IMG/VR virus record: IMGVR_UViG_3300047548_001271
Coordinates: 93,443-157,442 of that record
DNA: 64,000 nucleotides
From: a virus
Direction: 5' to 3' (one strand)
This document shows, one piece after another, positions 40,190-50,726 of this stretch. Position numbers and translations under genes: made by a program. Positions within the stretch are counted from its first letter, which is position 1, and every line of letters begins with the position of its first letter. Under the pieces are notes generated by a model that worked only from the letters and a program-made list of their open reading frames with translations, did no database searches and was not told the DNA's origin.

Positions 40190-40948
40190 CTAAGAATTGA
40201 CAACATCGGAATCAAACTTTTCAAGAGTTTCAACAACTACATATCGGCAAGTTCGTAGTTTTTCATGTTCGCAGTTTGGTACGGCAACAGCGTCTGCCGG
40301 ATCAACTTTCACCGTAATAACATGATCAGCCCAATTGGTAGCATATGAGTGAGTCCCGACGTGCAAACCAAACGAACAAGCATTATCATTATTATCATCG
40401 ACTTGGTTTCTAGGGAAGATATTTTCATCCCCAACGTTATTGCGAATTGTTCGACTGTATTTGTCAACATAGTCTCCTACAACAACTTGTCTACCAAAAA
40501 TATCAGTAAAGTTTTTATCTGATTTTACTACTCCTTTATGAGCAATAAAATATCCATCGGGTGTTAGTGGAAGACCTTTATTAGCCAAGAAGTTATACAG
40601 AGCTTTAACAGATTTTGCGGATGGATTTTTGTACAATCTTTCAATGAATGCTAGCATTGGGGCAACATTGAACCCATTACTAATCATTGATTCAACTCGC
40701 TGATAAAGCTCATCATCAAGAGTGATATTTCCATATTTCAATACGCCATTACTGATTTGGAAATTACCACTACTCCATTCAAGAAGAACAGATACTTTCT
40801 TGTCAAACACTTCAAGAAATCGATCAACATCTTCGGCTTGTAGAGCAGAAATAAGATCAGTATATTTTTCGTGTGTATTGTCAAATACACAATATCGAGG
40901 TCCTACATAAACAGTGTAAGAATTTTTTGACTTGATATAAGTTAGCAT
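40190..40948 (-). CDS. rIIB: rIIB-like lysis inhibition protein
   Basis: NPS..SV..LY.FL...LPLTPDGYFIAHK, R..VDD....CSFGLHVG, VKVDPAD.V.VP, K.RTCRY.V. Confidence 0.85.
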   Translation of the reverse strand: MLTYIKSKNSYTVYVGPRYCVFDNTHEKYTDLISALQAEDVDRFLEVFDKKVSVLLEWSSGNFQISNGVLKYGNITLDDELYQRVESMISNGFNVAPMLAFIERLYKNPSAKSVKALYNFLANKGLPLTPDGYFIAHKGVVKSDKNFTDIFGRQVVVGDYVDKYSRTIRNNVGDENIFPRNQVDDNNDNACSFGLHVGTHSYATNWADHVITVKVDPADAVAVPNCEHEKLRTCRYVVVETLEKFDSDVVNS

Positions 40949-41009
40949 TTTAGTTCCTTTCGTTGGGTGTTTGAGTATTATACCAATTGAGCGAGCATTG
41001 TCAACTAAT

Positions 41010-42851
41010 TTATTTGAGAATTGACTCAATCAATTCTGGTTCTGGATCTGTAGAAAAATGAATATGATTAAGAATTGGATATTGTCTTTTCAAGACTTTG
41101 AAATCGTATGACAAATCAACAATTTGACCAATTTTAAGCTGTCTAGCGATTTGTATCGCGTCATAATTACTTTCTAACAATTTAGACCTCATTTCAGACA
41201 ATTTTGATGTTTTATGACCAAATTGTTCTAACCATTTTCTGAAAGAATACTCTAAACCAGAGTAACAATATAAACCAGTAAGCTTCAAATTATTTTTAAC
41301 CCAATCTTCTATAGTAATCCAATTTCCTTTTGTGAATTTGTTAGAATCAACAAATGAATTGTTAATACCGTATATACGAATATCAAAACCATTAGATTTA
41401 GCATATTGTAATACGTTAAAACAAAAATCATCTGTATAGTCTACCACTTTCATTCGGTTTATTTTTACATAAATTTTTTGTTCTCCATTATTTTCTATTG
41501 TTGTTTTGATCCACTCGCCACTATCACTTAAAAAGTAACCATCGAATTTTTCTCCAGTTGTGCTTGTAGAATAAACTTTTTGTGGCAAAATAATTATCAT
41601 TGGATCGTTAACCAAGTCAGCGTCAATATTGATTTCTTTGACTTGATCATCGGTGAGAACAACAATATTTTTCTGAGAAACTTTACGAGCGAATTTAATT
41701 CGACTTGTGCAGCCTTTTTTGTCTATATAAAAGGTTGAGTTGGCATCCACGTAGTGAACAAAATTTTGTTGTACACTCTTCCTAGAAAGAGAAAACACCT
41801 TCATTGGATTTTTAGTATTTGGGATCTTATATTCTTTCTCAAGATGCTCCTTCTGATCACTAGTAAAAAGTGATTTTACGTCGGCATAAGTATTATGAAA
41901 CTCACAATATTTTTTCCATTTAGTTGGATTGGATTCAATTTTCTGAATATAAGCGTCATAAACGCAAATTAAAATACTTGCAATTTTTTCACTTAGAGCT
42001 TTTTTTGTCTTTTCATCAAGCGAGAGAGTTTCTATACCGGGATTTACAGACAAATCGCCAATGTTGAATTTTACTGCAATGCAAGTATTGTGAGGCCAAT
42101 AATCATAAGGAATTTCATATGCAACATTCCCCATAACGGCAAGAGCCTTTCTTGAATAAGAATCCTTATTCATTTTCATAGAAAGCTCGTCATTAATTTT
42201 AGTCCACAATTCTTTTTGTTTGATAATAGAATCATGCACTCTCTGAATATTAAACTCGGGAAGTGAATCAAAAAATGTAAAAACATTAGTGCATTCAGCT
42301 TCAAGTTCATATTTGCTGCATTTTAAGTTATTATTATCGATGATGACTTCAAGACCTGTTTCATCAGAAGGGTTTTGTGAAACAAGCGAAATTTTTGGAA
42401 TGCGAGAATCATCAATAAAACAGGCATAAGTGGACTTCATTCCTCCGTGATAACTGATAACAGTGAAATTATCAGAGATTGAAAACGGAGATTTGCAACC
42501 AAGACCAAAAGCACCAACAAAACTGTTGCTACTTCCTTTAGTTGACTTGAAAAACGTAGTATAAATAGCCTCCATATCTTCTTGAGATAGACCTTTGCCG
42601 TAATCTCTAATCGAAAACCAGTTCTCAAACTGAGTTGGCAAATGAACGAAGAATGGTTTTGATACGCCTGCATCAACATGCGCATCATATGCGTTGCAAG
42701 AAAGCTCTCGAACTACAGCACGAGCTTTATTTTGATAAATCTTAGATGTCAATGTTAAGAATGCATGAGCATTCAACTCCAGAGAGAACGGTTTTTGTTC
42801 GGCACTACCAACTACCTCAACACCATTTTCAAGATCTGTACGCATTTCCAA
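41010..42851 (-). CDS. rIIA: rIIA-like protein (GHKL ATPase N-terminus)
   Basis: IYQNK.RAVVRELSCNAYDAH, IRDYGKGL, STK..SN..VGAFGLGCKSPF; adjacent to rIIB. Confidence 0.88.
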   Translation of the reverse strand: MEMRTDLENGVEVVGSAEQKPFSLELNAHAFLTLTSKIYQNKARAVVRELSCNAYDAHVDAGVSKPFFVHLPTQFENWFSIRDYGKGLSQEDMEAIYTTFFKSTKGSSNSFVGAFGLGCKSPFSISDNFTVISYHGGMKSTYACFIDDSRIPKISLVSQNPSDETGLEVIIDNNNLKCSKYELEAECTNVFTFFDSLPEFNIQRVHDSIIKQKELWTKINDELSMKMNKDSYSRKALAVMGNVAYEIPYDYWPHNTCIAVKFNIGDLSVNPGIETLSLDEKTKKALSEKIASILICVYDAYIQKIESNPTKWKKYCEFHNTYADVKSLFTSDQKEHLEKEYKIPNTKNPMKVFSLSRKSVQQNFVHYVDANSTFYIDKKGCTSRIKFARKVSQKNIVVLTDDQVKEINIDADLVNDPMIIILPQKVYSTSTTGEKFDGYFLSDSGEWIKTTIENNGEQKIYVKINRMKVVDYTDDFCFNVLQYAKSNGFDIRIYGINNSFVDSNKFTKGNWITIEDWVKNNLKLTGLYCYSGLEYSFRKWLEQFGHKTSKLSEMRSKLLESNYDAIQIARQLKIGQIVDLSYDFKVLKRQYPILNHIHFSTDPEPELIESILK

Positions 42852-42882
42852 TCTCCTAGTGAAGTGAAAAACTGATAGGCGT

Positions 42883-42910
42883 ATTGTATATACTATCTGT
42901 CTTCTGTCAA
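42883..42910 (-). promoter_or_regulatory. promoter of rIIA
   Basis: TTGACA-N16-TACAAT. Confidence 0.7.
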
Positions 42911-43676
42911 GCGGATTTTTCGGATTTCAAGGTTTATTAAATGTATAGCCAATAAAATAGCCAAAAATAAAATAAAAACATGCAATAAATATGAAATTCA
43001 TTTTACTTCCTTAATAAATTGGAGGAGCAAAAGATTTATGCTTAACAAATTTTACGGGTTTGCAGACAAAGACTTTATCTGGCCAAGGATAATCTCTACC
43101 ATCAGAATGAGATGAAATAATAGTAATTTCCCGCTTAGTACCTTGCTCATCTTCATAGATGAAAACCGGACAACCATCAGATTCAGCCATTCTTGAATAA
43201 AAACCATAACTAGTCTTCATATTTAACACCTTTAGAAAGAGTGAACATTCTTCCTTTTAGTTGAAAGAACTCTTCGTCTTCCACTTTGGTAGACGGAAGT
43301 TTTAAAATCTTTAAGCACAACAATTTGTGATCTAGCAATAACTAGACCTTTTTCTTGGATTGATATACAATTCTTATGAAGATTACGATAACATTTTACC
43401 ATAAAATATTCATTTCAAATTGTTTTTCAAGCCTCCAATCCCACCCATTGCAGTCTCGTTCGTGATGATAATTAGCAAACTCTTCATACCATCTATTTTT
43501 TAGAATACTATAAATTTTTTTTCTGTCAGACATTCCTTCATGACTTTCTGACGTTGTATAGTATATTCGAAACTCATCTGCGTCAATAATAAAAACCGCA
43601 TTTTCTCTTGCGGTAGATCCAACAAGAGCATCATCACGAAAATACCATTGCCCTTTTTCGGGATAAAAAATATTCA

Positions 43677-44141
43677 TTAAAACAATTCTCCGACTGTGTT
43701 TTCAAGAATTCTAACAAGTTGTGAAGACAATCCAAATCTTTTTGTGTTTATTTCAATAGACTTTCTAATATTACCGTCGTTCTGACGTTCGCTACTAGCC
43801 TTCCAGTCTACCAGCATCTCCAATAAGTCCAATAGAGTCATATCATCGACTCCGTCCTTATGGAACTCTGGGTGGTGCCTATTTCGAGAATAGTGATGTT
43901 CTAGTGCTGGTCCGAGGTTTTGTCTACATTCTTCATATTCTTTTGATCCATATTTCAAAGTCTTAAGTTTTGGAGACCATTCTGTAAATAGTTCCACTTC
44001 CGGAGATTCTAGTTTGCTAGCGTCGTGGTCTCTTCCACGTTCTAAGAGTTTTACTACAACATTATCAAGTAAATTTTTGACTCGACTAATATGTAGCATG
44101 GTTTGATAGTTGCAAGCTTGTTGTTCAGTTGTAAGTGTCAT
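43677..44141 (-). CDS. DUF5662-like HD-type phosphohydrolase
   Basis: HDASKL, HHY..NRHHPE, DLLEMLVDWKA. Confidence 0.75.
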   Translation of the reverse strand: MTLTTEQQACNYQTMLHISRVKNLLDNVVVKLLERGRDHDASKLESPEVELFTEWSPKLKTLKYGSKEYEECRQNLGPALEHHYSRNRHHPEFHKDGVDDMTLLDLLEMLVDWKASSERQNDGNIRKSIEINTKRFGLSSQLVRILENTVGELF

Positions 44142-44716
44142 ACATTAAATACTTCTAGTTCGTTTAAACAAACAAAACGGCATCCATTAACATTTTGATC
44201 AAAACTCACATGGTAATGACCGAAAACCCATAAATCTGGAACATGAACTTCTAGCATTCTACTAAAAAGTTGAGATGTTCTTGACTGCAATGAATTACCA
44301 TTAGTTAATATGTCTTTGACTTCATTTGGGCATCCGTGGGTTATCATAACTCGTGGACGACTCTCTTTGTAGCTTTTTAAAGCTCGTTCGCAAAGATGAT
44401 ACGAAAGCTCTTCGCATCTCCACCAATTTACACCTTCTGTTCTTCGCGGCCAATCGATTGAATGCTCTCCAGCAACATAAAAAAAGTTAAAATTATTTAA
44501 GTTGTACTGGCCATAAGGATGCAAAAAATGCCCCCAATTATTTAGTTCATCATAATTGTCATGATTACCTGGGATAATTTTGTGCTTGGATTTGTCAACA
44601 GAATTTAAGCATGAATAGTTAAATCCAAAATCACCGACTTGAATTGAGTAATCGGCGTCTTTAATAATTGACAAGTAATCAGAATGTTTTCCGTGTACAT
44701 CGCCAATGATTATCAT
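44138..44716 (-). CDS. metallophosphoesterase
   Basis: IGDVHG, QVGDFG, GNHD, THGCP, FGHYH. Confidence 0.88.
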   Translation of the reverse strand: MIIIGDVHGKHSDYLSIIKDADYSIQVGDFGFNYSCLNSVDKSKHKIIPGNHDNYDELNNWGHFLHPYGQYNLNNFNFFYVAGEHSIDWPRRTEGVNWWRCEELSYHLCERALKSYKESRPRVMITHGCPNEVKDILTNGNSLQSRTSQLFSRMLEVHVPDLWVFGHYHVSFDQNVNGCRFVCLNELEVFNV

Positions 44717-44786
44717 TTTTTTTTATCCTTTAAAGTACCACTGGTGGGACTCGAACCCACACACACCTTTCGGTATAGGAGATTTT

Positions 44787-45485
44787 CTTACCACTACAAT
44801 TTTAATTGCTAGGTGTATATAATATAGCAAACCTATTTGTGGTCTGGACTTTGTCTTTGCCATGTTAGTATTATACTAATTTAGGCACCCCCTGTCAAGT
44901 CTCTACACCTTTTATTTGGATTTTTTATGAAATTTAGAAAATACACAAAAGAACAACTAATTGAAGCCGTTCAATCATCTATTTCTATTAGAGAAGTTTT
45001 AATTAAACTTAATGTTTCCGCACATGGTGGAAACTATAGTGTAATAAAAAGCTATATCAAAAATTTGAATATAGACACTTCTCATTTTAAAGGAATGGGT
45101 CATAGTAAAGGTAAAAATTTCGGCCCAAAAAGACCAATTGAAGAATACCTTTCCAATAAACATAAAATAACTTCTCATAAACTTCGTCAACGACTCATTA
45201 GAGAAGAATATTTTGAGCATAAATGCTCTTGTTGCCAAAATGTTTTATGGAACAATAAACCAATTCCTTTAGAGCTTGAGCATAAAGATGGAAATCACTA
45301 TAATAATAATTTAGATAATTTAACATTATTATGCCCAAACTGCCATGCTCAAACATCTACTTATAGAGGTAAGAACATATCCAAATAACTTGGCTCGGCA
45401 TTAGCATCAGCACTACCTGTTAAGCCTTCACCGAGTTTAAGGGGTTCTACATAAAAAGTTTCCTTTTTAGCACTCAAATTAAATT
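44787..45485 (-). mobile_element. group I intron (trnL-UAA type) containing a homing endonuclease gene
   Basis: Inserted after U34 and ends in G; P AAACTCGGTGAA, Q AATGCCGAGC, R GTAGAGACTTGA, S AAGACAAAGTCC. Confidence 0.9.
44927..45388 (+). CDS. HNH homing endonuclease, antisense within the intron
   Basis: CSCC...LELEHKDGNHYNN.LDNL.LLCPNCHAQT; N-terminal YTKEQL..AV.SS.S..EVL.KL. Confidence 0.9.
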   Translation: MKFRKYTKEQLIEAVQSSISIREVLIKLNVSAHGGNYSVIKSYIKNLNIDTSHFKGMGHSKGKNFGPKRPIEEYLSNKHKITSHKLRQRLIREEYFEHKCSCCQNVLWNNKPIPLELEHKDGNHYNNNLDNLTLLCPNCHAQTSTYRGKNISK

Positions 45486-45529
45486 AAGTCTCCTGCGTCT
45501 GCCAATTCCGCCACAGTGGCATATCATCT

Positions 45530-45557
45530 ATTATATCTACTTCTCAAACTCTGTCAA
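45530..45557 (-). promoter_or_regulatory. promoter of tRNA-Leu(UAA)
   Basis: TTGACA-N16-TATAAT immediately upstream of the tRNA. Confidence 0.8.
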
Positions 45558-47085
45558 TATCATTTTTCTAGTGTCGCGAAAAATTAAATATAAAGAATTG
45601 TTAATAATTTTAAGAACGTTTACGCTTGGTGGAATTATAAATTCAAGATTAGATTTTGTTTTGTCATATATAATATTATCAGATATTGCATATATTTCAT
45701 CTTCTAATCCTCGCATAAACTATACAACCCTTCTACAAAGTTCAGGTTCTCCATAATATTCTTTATTAGCTAGAACAACTATTCTTCCATCATCAAGCTG
45801 CTGAATTATTTTTCCAACTTCTTGCCAATCTTGTGAAGTCCATATTACTACCCAATCCCCAACTTCTAATGGTTTACCGTCTTTGTCGCGCATATTATTT
45901 CTGCCTTGTGTTCTTAACTATCTTGCTAAACCATTCATCATCCGGTCCAACATTTGAAACAATGACGTATCGCACTTCCAAACGATTATTTAGTTTTTCT
46001 AAAACTCGTTTGGCTTCCTCTAGTGATTCGTAAGATGCATATAAAGTCAATCCTACTGGAGTTCCAGGTGGAAAATTGTTATTTATTGGTATTGATCTCA
46101 TTATGTGATGCATTTTAAACCCCTCTCGACTGAGTTCCGGTGTCGATTTTAAGTGTTGTTTTTTTATCGCTTCAAATCTTCGTCTATGACAACTATGACA
46201 AGCATCTTTTTGTGTTTTCAAATCAGTGTTTTTGTCGAATAAAACCCATATTCCGCACACTTGAGTCCAGTAGACACTAATGCTTTTACACACCCTGCAT
46301 TGAACTGGTTTTTGTGTGTAACCACTCCAACCGTCTTCTCCCGGTATATAGGCATCGTTATATAGGTCTGGTTCATATCCATCGCCATTTAATCCACCAA
46401 AGAATGGAAACATCACGGTTTTACCTTTCAGTAATTGGCGTAATTACTTTTTTTAGTCTTGTTCATCATGGACAAGCTTAATTTCTAAGAAATATATTCA
46501 TCAGCTTGATTCTTCTCCCAATTATCCAATGCCGCTCGCAATGTAGCAGTTTTTGGGTTCTGAAGTTCGTTTTTTATCCAAATAAACACTAAAGTAAACA
46601 CCACCACATCAAATAACATAAGAAACATCGCCATTAACCCTAACGCTGGTCGCCGAGTCGTAAAGTCAAACGCCCCAAGCCAAAGAAAAAACCAAAGTAA
46701 AAAATTTTGTATAACGACTAAAAGTAATGCCGTTCGGAACGAAATCTTACTTATGAATTTCTCCAATTTGAGCTGTTTGTCGGTATATTCTTTCATATTC
46801 ATGATCTCCTCCTTTTTTGGATTATACATAGCATTCTACCATACTTATCGCCTCTGTCAAGTAGAGTTTGTGCGAGAACGTCGCCGAGAGGATGAGTAAT
46901 AAACAGTATAAGTCACACCGCTATCATTAAAAACTTCTTTTTCCATCACTCCCATATCAACCAACATGTTCATAAACTTTTTTTCTGAAAAGTTAAGGTC
47001 TTCAGCATCAATTCCGCAATAAATTTTTGCAAGTCTTTGAACGAATTCTTCGTTTGTCATAAATCACCTTTTTACAAATTGTTAT

Positions 47086-47568
47086 TTACGAATTCCGAAT
47101 AAATGTAATACAATCTACATATGGGATTAGAGCCAAAAAAGCCTCTGTTTTTTCTTTTTCTTTTTCGTGTATATTTTCTTCTGGGACTTTAAAAGCCCTA
47201 GATTTATTTCTTTGTAGGCAAATATCTATCGGTGTATCAAGATACACTAATTCTATTTCGTATCCATTTTCTTTGATACGTTTAAAAATATTTCGAGAAT
47301 ACTTTGTATTAATCGAGCCCGAATCAAAAATTACATATGGATATTTACGTTCAACATGTTCAAAAAGTACATCTCTTGCTATTCGAACACTTTCTTGATG
47401 AGATTTAGATGGATCTTTTTCATCCCACGAAGGCAAAGTTTTTTTTATATCATCAGCAGAGATAATTATTACCCCTGTATCTTCATTAGTGAGTAAATCA
47501 CCATATCTATTATTTAGGTAGGTTGTTTTTCCGGCACTAGGAAGCCCAAATGTAATTACAGCTTTCAT
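47086..47568 (-). CDS. P-loop kinase (AAA_33 / zeta-toxin-like fold)
   Basis: GLPSAGKTT, ISADDIK, FDS, DTP...CL.RN..R. Confidence 0.8.
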   Translation of the reverse strand: MKAVITFGLPSAGKTTYLNNRYGDLLTNEDTGVIIISADDIKKTLPSWDEKDPSKSHQESVRIARDVLFEHVERKYPYVIFDSGSINTKYSRNIFKRIKENGYEIELVYLDTPIDICLQRNKSRAFKVPEENIHEKEKEKTEAFLALIPYVDCITFIRNS

Positions 47569-47572
47569 TAAA

Positions 47573-48037
47573 TTAATCTTTTACAAAAAAAACTTTGTTG
47601 CAATCAATTGTTGATCCACAAATTGTAGAAAAACACCAAGAATTACTAACCTCTGAAAAAAACACACCATTTATAATGGCGGTAATCTTTCCAGATTTGA
47701 AAGCGGCTCCGCTTCGTCTTTTTATCACGCGGTTATTAAACAGTAAAGAGAAGTGATAGATTGATGAAAGAAATTTGGGGTTTATTTTTCCGCCCTCTTC
47801 TTTGTTACATTTATCACACAATGGGCGAACATTTTCTTTTACATATAAACCACCCATACATGACGGAATTATATGTCCAAGCTGAAGATCTTCATTTGGA
47901 AAATGATTATCGCAGTTCCTACATCTTCCATCAAGAACTTCTTCTCTCATTTTGTCAACAAATTCAATAAATTTTTTTTCAGAAGAAAAACCATTAAGTT
48001 TTACATTGCCGCGAGAGCGACTAGTATTTTTCTTCAT
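47573..48037 (-). CDS. HNH endonuclease
   Basis: CRNC...LGHIIP..GG....NVRPLCDKCN. Confidence 0.75.
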   Translation of the reverse strand: MKKNTSRSRGNVKLNGFSSEKKFIEFVDKMREEVLDGRCRNCDNHFPNEDLQLGHIIPSCMGGLYVKENVRPLCDKCNKEEGGKINPKFLSSIYHFSLLFNNRVIKRRSGAAFKSGKITAIINGVFFSEVSNSWCFSTICGSTIDCNKVFFVKD

Positions 48038-48425
48038 GATTTTTACCTAAGACTGAAATACAAGACAATTAGAAAAAAACGCATAACACTCTTCATCATC
48101 TTTGTCAAAAAACAATTCACCAAACCCGTGATAAGTATTTACAAGCGGCTCTTGATTGTCACCATAATAACTATCAATAATGTTTGTTTTGTAATTAAAA
48201 TATGGATAAAAGAAATTTAAGCAAATCATAAAAACTCCTAAAGATTAAAAACCTACAACCCTCACGTATTGTACAATAGACAAAGCCAATGTCAATAGCT
48301 ATTTTTTCTGAGTTTCCTCTTTTATCTGCTTTTCAGCCTCTCTCTTCAAAATATTACGAACGGATGTTCCATCCTTTTTGTGATAAGTGCTACTGCTTTG
48401 TGTCCGATCATTATGCTTGCGGTAG

Positions 48426-49043
48426 TCAGCGTTTTTCATTAATCACCTCGTTATATAATTCAAATAGAGTATTGCGATCACCTAATTCAAATCCGTAAGA
48501 ATCCTTTTTAAGGTTGTAATCATAATGTGACAATAACCTAAGATTATAAGTTTTTATCCAGCAGTCACCACATGAATATACCCAATACTCAATAGTTTTA
48601 GCTCCATGTAAACTACTGTATGTAAATGACCAAATATCAGCACCATATTCTGTTTTTGCTTGTTGTTTTACAACTCCGTCATTTACAATTCTATCTTTAA
48701 TATCATAAAACATTTTTTCTGTTTGTGCAAAAAGCTGATCATCGATTAGTTTATGATATCGCGAAAGAACTTGCTTTGAGCGTTCTAATTCAGCACTCCA
48801 TGCTAAATCTGTTACAGGCTCTAAAATTAGTTTTGTGCTTCTTTTACAATCACTATCAGAAGCAATATGCTTTACTGCAATAACAACAAAAGATTGTGGC
48901 ATTAGGTAAATTTTACTACCACAAATATCTTCTGCATCAGAACCGCTCAATTCCAAAAATTCTCCAACTCGTGGAATATGGTCAAGCCACAAAACTTTTG
49001 CAATATCGCCAATATAGACTGTAACACAACAACCCTTACTCAT
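48426..49043 (-). CDS. hypothetical phage protein
   Basis: 205-aa ORF with AAGGA RBS. Confidence 0.6.
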   Translation of the reverse strand: MSKGCCVTVYIGDIAKVLWLDHIPRVGEFLELSGSDAEDICGSKIYLMPQSFVVIAVKHIASDSDCKRSTKLILEPVTDLAWSAELERSKQVLSRYHKLIDDQLFAQTEKMFYDIKDRIVNDGVVKQQAKTEYGADIWSFTYSSLHGAKTIEYWVYSCGDCWIKTYNLRLLSHYDYNLKKDSYGFELGDRNTLFELYNEVINEKR

Positions 49044-49315
49044 TTTTTATCCTTTTCCTTAAACACTTGTGATAGCAGATGCTTCACTTGGGCGAATTCT
49101 CTGGAGTTTTTGATGGTGAAAACGGCGTGCAGTTCGTGAGCCATCTCGATGCGAGCGATGAGCCCGGAGATTTCGACGATGATATCGGCGACATCTTCCC
49201 ACCATACGAATCTGCCGTTTGTGTCGTAACAAATGTCTTGTTCGCCCAAAGAATACACACTGACCCTGTGCAGAGGTGTTGGGATTGGATTTGGTTTTGT
49301 TGGATCTTTTGACAT
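49040..49315 (-). CDS. hypothetical protein (GC-richer segment)
   Basis: AGGGGA RBS; GC-ending codons. Confidence 0.55.
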   Translation of the reverse strand: MSKDPTKPNPIPTPLHRVSVYSLGEQDICYDTNGRFVWWEDVADIIVEISGLIARIEMAHELHAVFTIKNSREFAQVKHLLSQVFKEKDKK

Positions 49316-50285
49316 CGATTCCCTCTACATTCTTTTCTTTATTGAAAATCAAATCAGATAGCCAATTATACACAAAGATCTGTGAAAGTCAAGTAGAATT
49401 TTTCAGACTTACTTCGCCGTCAAAATCTTCAAAGCAAAGAGTCATCCAAGTAGTTGACTGATGTCCAACTGGGTAATCAGGATAATTGCCCGAATAAACA
49501 ACAACGCCAACGTTTTCAGCGGTAAATAAAACAATTAATCTATCACTATCAGATTCGTCTAATAGCTTTCTGCTAATCATTAATTTTGGAAAGTTTTGAT
49601 ATTTTGTGTTTGGTATCAATTTAAAGCTTGATTTCATTTTTAATCCCTACCAAAAATCAAACGATTATCATGCCAAATATATACATGTGAACCAACACCC
49701 CACTTGTCATCGTGCAAAAGAGTAAGTGTCGGACCAATATTTTGTTCATCTATTTTGTATGCGGCAAATAGTCCATGGAATGGTCTTAAATCAATTTTGC
49801 TTACTCTACACAGTTGACCACACATTTCATCATCAAAATCAAAAGAATCCACTAGTATTAGTAGATTTTGATTCGGATGAAGACGATCAAGATAAACCTT
49901 AATACAATCTTCTATTTGAATTCCCATATCCATAATAATATCCATTCTTAATAAACATAAGACCCAATACGATCAATCGCCTCTGGAAGCTCTTTGCAAT
50001 TACATTCCCAATAATAGAAGGAATCATAATACCCAGTGTACTTTATTGCAACCATTGATTGGCTACAATACGGACATTCTGGTATTTTTCTCAGTTCTTG
50101 CGGAATTTGACGTACAACACCATCATCCCATTTGAAAATATATGGTCCTCCATGACATTTGCAAATATCATCATGGACAAGCTTATTTTCTCCGCCATAT
50201 TTTTGGCAATGATTACAATATTTAAGTTTATCCATTTTATCACCTATCAGTTGATATCTGTATCGCACACGCCACACCTTAAAAA

Positions 50286-50726
50286 TCAAAGCCTTTTGCC
50301 GTATCCAATACGGTCTCGTTCGTTTACGCTCTCGGCATGGCTAGCGACAGCGTAAACCCATGAATCCCTGTTCAATTCATCGAGTGAACCCTTTTCGGGG
50401 TTTGGCCACACCGTTTCGCTGGCCAATTTAGCGGCCTCTTCGACACTGATCTTCAGATCACCATCGCGAATCGCACAGGCGAGAGCACACCCGACGTCTC
50501 CCTGAAATCTTTCCAGCGAAAAGCCGTGAATCAGTCGGATTACACGCATGATGCGATGAATGATCGCTCGCGGGCTCCCGTCAGTTCCCTCAGCCCTGAA
50601 GGCGATGCGGCATTTTCGTTCGCTTATTCTTTCGTGATCTTCCCTCAGGATCTTCAGAGCCTGTTCAATAGCACGCCCGGAAACTTCTTCATCCAGCAGG
50701 GTCTTTATCACTGACTTACCGTCCAT
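50286..50726 (-). CDS. hypothetical protein (GC-richer segment)
   Basis: AAGGGG RBS; visibly higher GC than flanks. Confidence 0.6.
   Translation of the reverse strand: MDGKSVIKTLLDEEVSGRAIEQALKILREDHERISERKCRIAFRAEGTDGSPRAIIHRIMRVIRLIHGFSLERFQGDVGCALACAIRDGDLKISVEEAAKLASETVWPNPEKGSLDELNRDSWVYAVASHAESVNERDRIGYGKRL

Larger units (their letters stand above)
44736..45520 (-). tRNA. trnL: tRNA-Leu(UAA) interrupted by a group I intron (exons 45520-45486 and 44786-44736)
   Basis: Spliced arm GGAGA-CTT^AAAA-TCTCC; long variable arm; GCCACTG/CAGTGGT-A acceptor. Confidence 0.92.
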
